32,000 bases of DNA, from the NCBI GenBank assembly GCA_030167145.1, contig CP126532.1, positions 2,280,001-2,312,000 on the forward strand, given 5' to 3'. Positions 7,032 to 14,918 of this stretch are shown here, piece by piece (the first letter of the stretch is position 1; every line of letters begins with the position of its first letter). Position numbers and translations under genes: made by a program. The notes under the pieces were generated by a model, which was not told the origin of the DNA, ran no database searches, and saw only the letters and a program-made list of their open reading frames with translations. Source of the DNA: Ktedonobacterales bacterium. GTDB taxonomy: Bacteria > Chloroflexota > Ktedonobacteria > Ktedonobacterales > JADMIN01.

Positions 7032-9122
7032 ATGCAGAAGAGACCTCACGACAATGATGTCGCCGTGACGCCACAGCCGTCCTCCTACGCGCTTGACGAC
7101 CCCGCCCGGCTGGCCGCACTCCAGCGAACCGCCCTGCTCGATACTCCTGCCGAAGAATCATTTGACCGGCTGGCGCGACTGGCGAGCAGGGCGTTGCATG
7201 TGCCTATCGCGCTGGTGAAGCTGATCAGCGCTGACCGGCAATTCTTCAAGAGCAGTGTTGGCCTGCCTGAGCCGTGGGCTTCCATCCGGGAGCTACCGAG
7301 CACACAATCATTCTGCCACCATGTGATCGCCACTGGCGGGCCGCTGATGATCGCGGACGCGCGAACCGATCCATTAGGGGATGAGAATGCTGCCGTGCAG
7401 AAGTTGAACGCCATTGCCTACGCGGGTGTCCCATTGGTTACGGCCGATGGGCTACCGATTGGCACCTTTTGCGTGATGGATACGCAACCGCGCCACTGGA
7501 CGCAAGAAGAGATGGGCATCCTGCGCGATCTGAGCGCATCAGTGATGGTCGAAATCGAGCTGCGTGTCGCTCAGCGCGAGGCTGAGCGCCGCGAGCAGGA
7601 AGTGGAGCGCGAGCGCCACGCAAAGATTGGCGCCTTGGAAGCGCTGAATGAGCGTATGGGCAACATCCTCGAAAGCATCACCGATGCCTTCTTCGCGCTG
7701 GACGCTGACTGGCGCTTCACCTATGTCAACGCTGAAGCCGAGCGCATCCTTCGCCGCCCACGCAAGGAATTGCTTGGGCAGAGCATCTGGCAGATGTTCC
7801 CCGACGTGCTGGAGCGCGTCTTCCACAAGCAGTACCGGCGCGCTGTAGAGCAGCATAAGGTCGTCGCCTTCGAGGCATACTACGCGCCGGATCAGGTCTG
7901 GGCCGATGTGCGCGTGTATCCCACACGCAACGCCCAGGGCGGCTACGATGGTATCACCGTCTACTTTCGCGATATTACGAAGCGGAAACGCGCTGAGGAA
8001 GCCTACACGGCGCTGCTCGCGCGTGAGCGGGCCGCGCGCAAGGACGCCCAGGACATTGAGGCGCGGTTGCGGGCCGTGCTCGATGTTTTGCCGGTGGGCG
8101 TGGTGATGGCCGATGCCCAGGGACGTCCGCTGGAGATGAACGCTGCTTTCAAAGGCATCTGGGGTGAGCCAGCCCCGCCCGTGGATGGCGTCGCGCAGTA
8201 CGGCAAATATCGCGGCTGGTGGGCGGGAACAGACCACCTCATCGCGCCTGAAGAGTGGGGAGTGGCGCGGGCGGTGCGCTATGGCGAAACCGTTATCAAC
8301 AAAGAAGTGGACATCGAAACCTTCGATGCCAAGCGCAAGACGGTGCTGACCTCAGCCGCGCCAATCCGCGATACAACGGGCGCGATTCTGGGTGGGGTTA
8401 TCGCCGAATTGGACGTCACCCAGCACAGGCAACTCGAACGCGAGCGCGCGGAGATGCTGAACACGGTGGCCCATGAGATGAAAACGCCGCTGACCAGCAT
8501 CAAGGCGATGGCGCAGCTCATCCGCAAACGCGCCCGGCGCGGCGCGCCACAAGAGCCAGCACATTTCGAGCAAATTGATCGCTCCACGGAGCGCCTAGAG
8601 CGGCTGGTCAACGACCTTGTAGACGCGGCGCGGCTCGATACCAATCTGCTGATCATCGAACTGGCGCACGCGGACTTGAAAACCATCTGCGAGCAGGCCG
8701 CCGAGGAACAGATCGCCCTGGCTGGTCGTGTCGTTACGCTGGAACTGCCAGGGCGGCCACTCGACGCGGAGGTGGACCAGCAACGCATCGGTCAGGTGCT
8801 GGCGAATCTGCTCTCGAATGCGCTCAAGTATTCGCCTGACGGCTCGCCGGTATTATTGCGATTGGCACGCGAGGGCAACACCGCGCGCTTCGAGGTGGTG
8901 GATCGCGGTCCTGGTATTCCCGTGGCGGCGCGCGCACAACTCTTCGACCGTTTCTATCGCGTGCCCAATATTAAGGTGTTGCATGGCTCAGGCGTGGGAT
9001 TGGGCCTGGGGCTCTACATCTGCCACAGGCTCGTCGAGTTGCACGGCGGTCAGCTAGGCGTCGAGAGTGTCGTCGGTGAGGGGACGACCTTCTGGTTCAC
9101 GCTTCCGCTGGCGCGCTCCTGA
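7032..9122 (+). CDS. Sensor histidine kinase, GAF-PAS-PAS-HisKA-HATPase_c (soluble)
   Basis: ATG 7032; the 79 codons upstream are AT-rich, atypical and judged non-coding. GAF start LDDPARLAALQRTALLDTPAEESFDRLARLA; coiled-coil; PAS LESITDAFFALDADWRFTYVNAEAERIL; second PAS LDVLPVGVVMADAQGRPL; H-box VAHEMKTPLTSI; N box NLLSNALKYSP; G boxes DRGPGI and GSGVGLGL. Confidence 0.9.
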   Translation: MQKRPHDNDVAVTPQPSSYALDDPARLAALQRTALLDTPAEESFDRLARLASRALHVPIALVKLISADRQFFKSSVGLPEPWASIRELPSTQSFCHHVIATGGPLMIADARTDPLGDENAAVQKLNAIAYAGVPLVTADGLPIGTFCVMDTQPRHWTQEEMGILRDLSASVMVEIELRVAQREAERREQEVERERHAKIGALEALNERMGNILESITDAFFALDADWRFTYVNAEAERILRRPRKELLGQSIWQMFPDVLERVFHKQYRRAVEQHKVVAFEAYYAPDQVWADVRVYPTRNAQGGYDGITVYFRDITKRKRAEEAYTALLARERAARKDAQDIEARLRAVLDVLPVGVVMADAQGRPLEMNAAFKGIWGEPAPPVDGVAQYGKYRGWWAGTDHLIAPEEWGVARAVRYGETVINKEVDIETFDAKRKTVLTSAAPIRDTTGAILGGVIAELDVTQHRQLERERAEMLNTVAHEMKTPLTSIKAMAQLIRKRARRGAPQEPAHFEQIDRSTERLERLVNDLVDAARLDTNLLIIELAHADLKTICEQAAEEQIALAGRVVTLELPGRPLDAEVDQQRIGQVLANLLSNALKYSPDGSPVLLRLAREGNTARFEVVDRGPGIPVAARAQLFDRFYRVPNIKVLHGSGVGLGLGLYICHRLVELHGGQLGVESVVGEGTTFWFTLPLARS

Positions 9123-10317
9123 TGGTGAGGTCAGCCCGTACCACCGACTCGCGATACTGATTGGCCCGCGTGCCGCCGGATAACAACTCCTTGCTGGTGG
9201 CCCGCAGGCGCGCGCGGCGCTCCACCAGGCTGAGTGCTGGCTCCGCGACCGCTGGATCGTCCACTACCCACGGCGAGACGGCCAGGAACTGGCCCAGTAG
9301 TGGCTCACCGGTGACGGTATGGGTGTAGTCGTCCACGCCGACGAAGGCATGGGGTATCGCGGGTGGAGTATCCGCGCGGGCGGTGATGGTGGATTGGCCA
9401 TCGAAGGAGATGTCGAAGAAATTGCCGGTCTGCATGGGACAGACGTTATAGCGCAGATGCGGATAGCGTGGCTGGATCGAGCCAAGCACCGAGTTCAGCC
9501 ATTCGGCGGGCTGCCACTCGTGGCCTGCGCCCGGCCCAGCCCAGAGCGTGTCGTTGGCGTCGTTCTGGACGACAATCTCCGCCTCTTGCGCCTCCAGGTG
9601 CCGCAGGTACTCTGGCGTGAAGGCATCCAGGCTGATGGCGACGCCGAGCCGGCCCGCTGCCGTAGGGATGACGCGCACATCGTCCAGCTTTCCTGGCGTC
9701 AGGCGCAGGGTCGCCAGTTCCGTGTGCGTCAGAAAGACCTTGTTTACGCGACCCAGCAGAGCGCCATCCGGCCCAAACACCAGCGCGGCGTTGTAGACCT
9801 CTGGCCCCACTGGCAGGTACACGGCATCCGCGCCAGGGCATCCCCAGCGGCGGATGTCGCGCGGGTCGGTGGAGCGGCGCACATGCGGGGCGAGCGTGGT
9901 GGCGGCGATATGCGTGCGGTGGCGCGCGGCAAGTGTGGCGAGTGTCTCGTACATGGGACGGTAGAGCGCGTCGGTGAGCGCCAGCAGCAGCGCACGTGGC
10001 AGTGGCGTTCCGGGCCAGCGGCGGCGATAGGCCAGCACGCGCGGCAGATGCGCCAGCGCCAGCAACGTCAGCGCGGTCTGCGCTGTGCGCGCTCGCCGTG
10101 CGAGCCACCCACGCGAACCCGCCAGCCCCGCTGGCAGGCCGAGCAGTTCGCCCAGCGCGAGCAAGTTGGGCTGGTCGGGGACGAGGTGCGGCGCGGCCAG
10201 CCCGACGATGCGGTCCAGTTCGGCGCGGAAGCCCGCCTCGGTCGCAGCGGCAGCCATGTTGATGCGGTTGCCTACCGCGACCACGCGCACCAGGCGCTCA
10301 CGCTCGTCCGCGCTCAT
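9097..10317 (-). CDS. Carbon-nitrogen hydrolase (nitrilase superfamily)-like protein with Ser at the nucleophile position
   Basis: Fold-defining blocks: RVVAVGN...LLALGE (Glu), VYNAALVFGPDGALLGRVNKVFL (Lys), GRLGVAISLDAFTPE (the usual IC-x-D/E reads ISLD). The 3' end overlaps the convergent kinase gene by 26 bp. Confidence 0.6.
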   Translation of the reverse strand: MSADERERLVRVVAVGNRINMAAAATEAGFRAELDRIVGLAAPHLVPDQPNLLALGELLGLPAGLAGSRGWLARRARTAQTALTLLALAHLPRVLAYRRRWPGTPLPRALLLALTDALYRPMYETLATLAARHRTHIAATTLAPHVRRSTDPRDIRRWGCPGADAVYLPVGPEVYNAALVFGPDGALLGRVNKVFLTHTELATLRLTPGKLDDVRVIPTAAGRLGVAISLDAFTPEYLRHLEAQEAEIVVQNDANDTLWAGPGAGHEWQPAEWLNSVLGSIQPRYPHLRYNVCPMQTGNFFDISFDGQSTITARADTPPAIPHAFVGVDDYTHTVTGEPLLGQFLAVSPWVVDDPAVAEPALSLVERRARLRATSKELLSGGTRANQYRESVVRADLTIRSAPAEA

Positions 10318-10333
10318 ACACTGGCGCCTCTCG

Positions 10334-10723
10334 CTATTTCGCGACGGCTGGAGCGGTGGTCAGCTTCTTGTAGCGCGCGGCGCTTGCCTCGCCCAGGCCC
10401 ATCGCACCCAGGAAGAACAGGATATGCAGCGTCGCGATGACGGGTGTGATTCCGGTGCCTTTCTGGATCAGCCCAATGATCGCCAATCCCAAACCGACAG
10501 CGAACGCGCCCACGACCAGGCCGAGCGAGCCACCCTTCAGCCCCTGCGCGGCGCTGACGATCCAGAGGGCCACCACGAAGAGGATACCGACCAGCATGTG
10601 CAGATTGATCAACTGGAGGTCGTGGACTTGCTTGGGGGCAGCATTGGTCCAGAAAATGATGCCCAGCACCAGGTTGATCAGAAAGAACAGACGCAACAGC
10701 ATGGACGAGATGCGGACAAACAT
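10334..10723 (-). CDS. Small integral membrane protein (4 predicted TM), hypothetical
   Basis: ATG 10723 with GGGAG 7 nt upstream. Hydrophobic throughout (LLRLFFLINLVLGIIFW, LVGILFVVALWIV, LVVGAFAVGLGLAIIGLI, ILFFLGAMGLG). Stop lies 16 nt before the CN-hydrolase start, so probably an operon. Confidence 0.65.
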   Translation of the reverse strand: MFVRISSMLLRLFFLINLVLGIIFWTNAAPKQVHDLQLINLHMLVGILFVVALWIVSAAQGLKGGSLGLVVGAFAVGLGLAIIGLIQKGTGITPVIATLHILFFLGAMGLGEASAARYKKLTTAPAVAK

Positions 10724-10808
10724 GGAAGTCTCCCTTGTTCCGTACACGGCGCAGAAGCAATGACAAGCCAGAAGCGTGCTTCTGGCGGGATGGGTCTCTG
10801 CTCGAACA

Positions 10809-10832
10809 CATATAGTCACGTTTGACTATATG
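10809..10832. promoter_or_regulatory. Perfect palindrome CATATAGTCA-CGTT-TGACTATATG (candidate operator)
   Basis: Read directly: 10-bp arms with a 4-bp spacer, in the AT-richer divergent region between the membrane-protein/CN-hydrolase operon and the mannosyltransferase-like gene. Confidence 0.45.
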
Positions 10833-10951
10833 TGAGTATACAGTCATCGCATATGATAGGTCAAGACGTATGTGACACTGCTGAGAAGTCCGCGCGGGTA
10901 GCGCGCCAGGTCAGAGCGTCGTGGCATGGTAGCCGCAACGGCATGCTGGCA

Positions 10952-10980
10952 TTGGCGGCGCGTGCATCTTCCGCTATAGT
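10952..10980 (+). promoter_or_regulatory. Candidate promoter TTGGCG-N17-TATAGT
   Basis: -35-like TTGGCG (10952-10957) and -10 TATAGT (10975-10980) with 17-nt spacing, about 105 nt upstream of the 11086 start. Confidence 0.3.
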
Positions 10981-11085
10981 GGAACATGCGAAGAGAAGCG
11001 AAATGGATGCCGCGCGGTTTCGGTGGCGCGAACAATACAGGTGGCACGGACATTCCTGTCCGCAAGCATGCGCGGCAGTGAGAGG

Positions 11086-12333
11086 ATGCGGAGAGTGAGC
11101 AATGTACGGGTGGCGGAAGCCACGGACAATACGGCGACGCCTGCGGGGCGCGGCATTTCGGCGGGTGGCTGGCTCGCGGCGTGGATATCGCGGCTGGGGC
11201 TGACGCCCGCGCTGGTGCGGTTCGCGGCGCTGGTGTTCGTCGTTTCGCGGGCGGGATTTGTCGCCCTGACATTCCTCGCGCAGCGCTTTCTCCCCCACAT
11301 CGGCCACCAGCCGATTACCTCCTTCACCGACTCGTGGGCGCGCTACGACGCAACCTATTACGCCCGCCTCGCCGCCGACGGTTATCAGATGCAGGTGCCG
11401 TGGCGCGCGGCGTTCTTCCCACTGATGCCATGGCTAACGCACCTTGTCGCCCTGCCATTTGAGGGACTTGGCCCGCGCTACGCCGCCGACTATATCGCGG
11501 CGATGGTCGTCTCGAATGTCTGCTTCTTCGTTGCGCTGCTGGGGCTGGCGGCATTGGCGCTGCGCGATACGGATGGCGACGCGGGTACGGCGCGGCGGGC
11601 GATCCTCTATATGACGCTCTTCCCTACTGCGCTGTTCTTCTTCGCGGGCTACGCCGAGTCGTTGTTCTTGATGCTGGCGGTGTGGTGTGTGGTGGCGCTG
11701 CGCCGCCGCGCGTGGTGGGTGGCGGGCGCGCTGGGCCTGTGCGCGGCGATGACGCGACAAGTTGGCCTGTTTCTGGCGCTGCCGTTCGCCTGGGAATATG
11801 CCAAGAGCATCGGCTGGCAGCCGCGCCGTATCCGCGCGAATGCGCTGGCGGTGTGCCTGATCCCTTGCGGCCTGCTGGTCTTCATGGGGTGGCTGTGGTG
11901 GCATGTGGGCGATCCACTGGCCTTTGAGCATGCGGAGCACTACTGGCAGCATGTCTTCACACCGCCCTGGACCACGTTTGTACGGGCTATTCACTACTTC
12001 CCGAACCAACATAACCCGATTCTGCACTTTGCCGAAGTGGTGGATATCTTCGCCGTGCTGCTGGTGGGCGTGCTGATTATCATGGGCGCGCGGCGGCTGC
12101 CCATCGGCGATACGGCCTATAGCGCGGCGGTCTGGCTGCTGGTGATCTGCTATCCAATCGTGGGCTGGCCGCTACTCTCGGACGGCCGCTATATGCTTCA
12201 GGTGTTTCCGGCGTTCCTGCTGCTGGCGCGCTTTGGCCGCAACCGCTGGCTAAACATCGTGGTGCTCATCGTTTTCACGGTCTTGCTGTTTGGCATGACA
12301 CAGTATTTCGTCCGTGGCGCGGTGATCGTCTGA
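11086..12333 (+). CDS. Polytopic membrane glycosyl/mannosyltransferase-like protein (PIG-V/GT-C-like)
   Basis: About 11 TM segments. N-terminal loop motif WARYDATYYARLAADGYQ...AFFPLMPWL resembles the PIG-V-type mannosyltransferase family. The start is uncertain: ATG 11068, ATG 11086 and GTG 11110 are all possible, and the ORF opens at 11023. Confidence 0.6.
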   Translation: MRRVSNVRVAEATDNTATPAGRGISAGGWLAAWISRLGLTPALVRFAALVFVVSRAGFVALTFLAQRFLPHIGHQPITSFTDSWARYDATYYARLAADGYQMQVPWRAAFFPLMPWLTHLVALPFEGLGPRYAADYIAAMVVSNVCFFVALLGLAALALRDTDGDAGTARRAILYMTLFPTALFFFAGYAESLFLMLAVWCVVALRRRAWWVAGALGLCAAMTRQVGLFLALPFAWEYAKSIGWQPRRIRANALAVCLIPCGLLVFMGWLWWHVGDPLAFEHAEHYWQHVFTPPWTTFVRAIHYFPNQHNPILHFAEVVDIFAVLLVGVLIIMGARRLPIGDTAYSAAVWLLVICYPIVGWPLLSDGRYMLQVFPAFLLLARFGRNRWLNIVVLIVFTVLLFGMTQYFVRGAVIV

Positions 12334-12486
12334 GTGGGCTGGCGCTGGTGTTGCGGGCGCTGCCAGGCAACCAGCAGCCATGCGGGTGCGTAGATACGCT
12401 GAGAACGGCGGCGGTACGGCACGCCGTGTGCTGTCACGCCAGCAGACGCCAATCACCAGCGATGTTCGTGGAAGGTGCGCCAACCC

Positions 12487-13059
12487 ATGACCCAGCTCGA
12501 CCCATCTCAGACCGTCTATCAAGGCAAGATCTTCAGTGTGCGGAAGCAGCCGGTGCCGCAGCCGAACGGCGCGATAGCGATGTACGATATCGTAGACCAT
12601 GTGGACGCCGTCGCCATCGTTGCGCTGCGCACTGAAGCGGGGGAGGCGGAGCCGCTGGTGGCGCTGGTGCATCAGTCGCGCCCGGCGGTCGGCCAGCAGA
12701 CGTGGGAGATTCCCGCTGGGCTGATGGACGACCCGGAGGATGGGGGCGATCCGGAGGCCACCGCCAGACGCGAACTGGCCGAAGAAATCGGCTACGAGGC
12801 AGGGAATCTGCGATTGCTGGTACGCGAATACTCGTCGGCGGGTTTCACCAATGAGATGCTGTGGATCTACCTCGCCACTGATCTGCGCGCGCTGCCCGTC
12901 GCCACAGCGCCCGATCCCTTCGAGATCACGCGTGTGGAGTGGGCGCCGCTGAGTGTGGCGATGGAGCGATGTCTGAACGATCCCGTCGCCGACAGCAAAA
13001 CGCTGATCGGCCTCTGGCTGGCCCGCGACGCGCTGACCGCCGATGAGATGTCGCGCTAG
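12487..13059 (+). CDS. NUDIX hydrolase (ADP-ribose pyrophosphatase-like)
   Basis: Nudix box GLMDDPEDGGDPEATARRELAEEIGY (G-x5-E-x7-REUXEEXGU). ATG 12487 is preceded by GGAAGGTG. Confidence 0.88.
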   Translation: MTQLDPSQTVYQGKIFSVRKQPVPQPNGAIAMYDIVDHVDAVAIVALRTEAGEAEPLVALVHQSRPAVGQQTWEIPAGLMDDPEDGGDPEATARRELAEEIGYEAGNLRLLVREYSSAGFTNEMLWIYLATDLRALPVATAPDPFEITRVEWAPLSVAMERCLNDPVADSKTLIGLWLARDALTADEMSR

Positions 13060-13137
13060 CCAATCGTGCGCCCATACGGTATGTGTAGCCAGAGCGCGGT
13101 TGCGCACGTCTGAAGAAGAGCGCATACCTGCCGGGCG

Positions 13138-13146
13138 TGCTATACT
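13138..13146 (+). promoter_or_regulatory. Candidate extended -10 element TGCTATACT
   Basis: Same 9-mer as 2505-2513; 58 nt upstream of ATG 13204. Confidence 0.3.
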
Positions 13147-13203
13147 CGATACGATGGGGCGTTGTGGGGACAACACCCGATAGGGCGAGGGGGAACGAAG
13201 GCG

Positions 13204-14217
13204 ATGCTGAACCGCAGATCGCGGGCGGGGACACAGCGGCACAATGGCAGCCACCACGGCAGCGGCAGACCGTCGCCAGCGCGAGACACATGGCAGAGCG
13301 ATGAGGCCAGCACCACCAGCACCACCAGCGCCCGCCCAGCCACCTCGGCCCAGCCCCGCCGCCAGCCACCAGCCGCGCCTATGCCTGTGCCGGACGCCAG
13401 TGGGAGCGCATGGAAGCACGCCCGGCCCGCGCTCAACATTGCCCGCGCCGCGCTGGTGCGGTTCACGCGCAGCCGCTGGCTGCTGGCGACGCTGGCGGCG
13501 GTGATCCTGATCTACTTCTCGTGTTTTCGTGATCCCGTCAGTGTCTCTCACTTCTTCGACCTCGCTTCCTTCGCGGGTGCGCTGCTGACGATTGGCGGCG
13601 TCTATCTGCTGACACAGAGTGTGATGCCGCCGCGCCGCTATCTGCGGCTGGCCCCCCGACGCGACTACCTCGCCGCCGTGGGCGGACTGACGCTGGCGGC
13701 GTGCGCGCTGGCGGCGGGGTTGGCGCTGCTGCTGGCGCTGCTGGGATTGCTCACGCGGCGTTTCGTTGATCCCGTGACGGGCGGGACCGTGCTGACGGCG
13801 ACAGGGCAGGGTATGGTCGTGGCGGGCAGCATTGGCCTGATGGCCAATAGCGCGCTGCTGGCGGCGGTGGCTGTGGCGCTGACGCTGCCCATAGGTGTGC
13901 CGCTGCCGCGCTCGTGGACGCCAGGCCGCGACCGGCTCATCCTCCGTTTCCAGATCATTCTGATCCTCCTACTGGCGTGGCTCAGCCTGGCGCTCTACTC
14001 CTACAGCGCTGGGGCGCCCGCCGCGCTGACGGTGTTGCGGCTGCCGCTGCTGCCGGTGGCGGTGTGCTACGGCTTCGCGCAGACGGGCGTTATCGGCCTG
14101 ACGGGACTATTGGCGCTGCTGACCGAAGCGGTGTACATCGCCGGGCTGATCGCGTTCGCGGATTATGGACTGCGCCGCCGCCACGCGACTTTTGCGCCCC
14201 GCCACACGGCCCGCTAG
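13204..14217 (+). CDS. Hypothetical polytopic membrane protein with S/T/P/R-rich cytoplasmic N-terminus
   Basis: ATG 13204 with GAGGGGGAA upstream. About 80 low-complexity residues are followed by 6-7 hydrophobic segments. No recognisable family motif. Confidence 0.55.
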   Translation: MLNRRSRAGTQRHNGSHHGSGRPSPARDTWQSDEASTTSTTSARPATSAQPRRQPPAAPMPVPDASGSAWKHARPALNIARAALVRFTRSRWLLATLAAVILIYFSCFRDPVSVSHFFDLASFAGALLTIGGVYLLTQSVMPPRRYLRLAPRRDYLAAVGGLTLAACALAAGLALLLALLGLLTRRFVDPVTGGTVLTATGQGMVVAGSIGLMANSALLAAVAVALTLPIGVPLPRSWTPGRDRLILRFQIILILLLAWLSLALYSYSAGAPAALTVLRLPLLPVAVCYGFAQTGVIGLTGLLALLTEAVYIAGLIAFADYGLRRRHATFAPRHTAR

Positions 14218-14272
14218 CGTCTATACGGCCTGCCGCCACGCACGCTGCCAGTCCATCGCAGGCTCGCACACC

Positions 14273-14662
14273 TCATGCGCTTTGCACGCGGGTCGCGGCT
14301 TGGGCGACGACATCCAGCAGCGCATCCATATCAAAGGGTTTATTGAGGGTAGGCGCGACAAGGGTAAGGATGTAGGGTTGCGCCGCCGCCAGCAAGGTGC
14401 GTTCGTCTGCCGTGAAGACAATATAGGCGTGCCGCTCTGCCAGTGGAGGCCGTGCCACGATTTCGCGCAGCACCTCCACGCCGTTCATGTTCGGCATCAG
14501 CAGGTCTACCAGCACAATCAGCGGCGTGCCACTGGCTTCAAGAATCTGGAGCGCCTCGGGGCCGGTGGCGGCCTCAAGGACGGAGTAGCCTTCGTCTTCC
14601 AGGACCATCCGCACGGTGGCGCGGATGCTTTCGTCGTCGTCAAAGATCAGCACGCTCGCCAT
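14273..14662 (-). CDS. Single-domain response regulator (CheY-like receiver)
   Basis: ATG 14662 with GAGGGG upstream. Acidic pocket FDDDE, phospho-acceptor LVDLLMP, T at FTAD, K at LNKPF. No output domain and no adjacent kinase. Confidence 0.88.
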   Translation of the reverse strand: MASVLIFDDDESIRATVRMVLEDEGYSVLEAATGPEALQILEASGTPLIVLVDLLMPNMNGVEVLREIVARPPLAERHAYIVFTADERTLLAAAQPYILTLVAPTLNKPFDMDALLDVVAQAATRVQSA

Positions 14663-14918
14663 CCCTTGCCCCTCGCTTCCCATATCCACATGCGGCATCC
14701 ACAAGAACACGCTACGGCAACTTTTCCACCTGTTCCTTTTGCACGCCTCTACCATATCTGAAGTCTGGGATGTTGGCAATACTCGAAATGGAGTTCAGAT
14801 TTTGGTGCGTTTCCCCCTTTCGCGGGCGCGGCGGCTATGGTACTCTTGTGCGCAACAACACGGCTGCATCTGTGTGTTTCATTCCACAGCGCCGGCTGTG
14901 GCGAAGGGAGATGTGTTC

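Noticed and set aside
9319-10440. 373-aa plus-strand ORF
   Set aside because: It is antisense to the CN-hydrolase-like gene. It is R/G/Q-rich and has no start context.
12250-13551. 433-aa minus-strand ORF spanning the NUDIX gene and its flanks
   Set aside because: It is antisense to a well-supported NUDIX CDS and crosses two intergenic regions. The R/G/P/A-rich composition is typical of GC-rich shadow frames, and there is no motif and no RBS.
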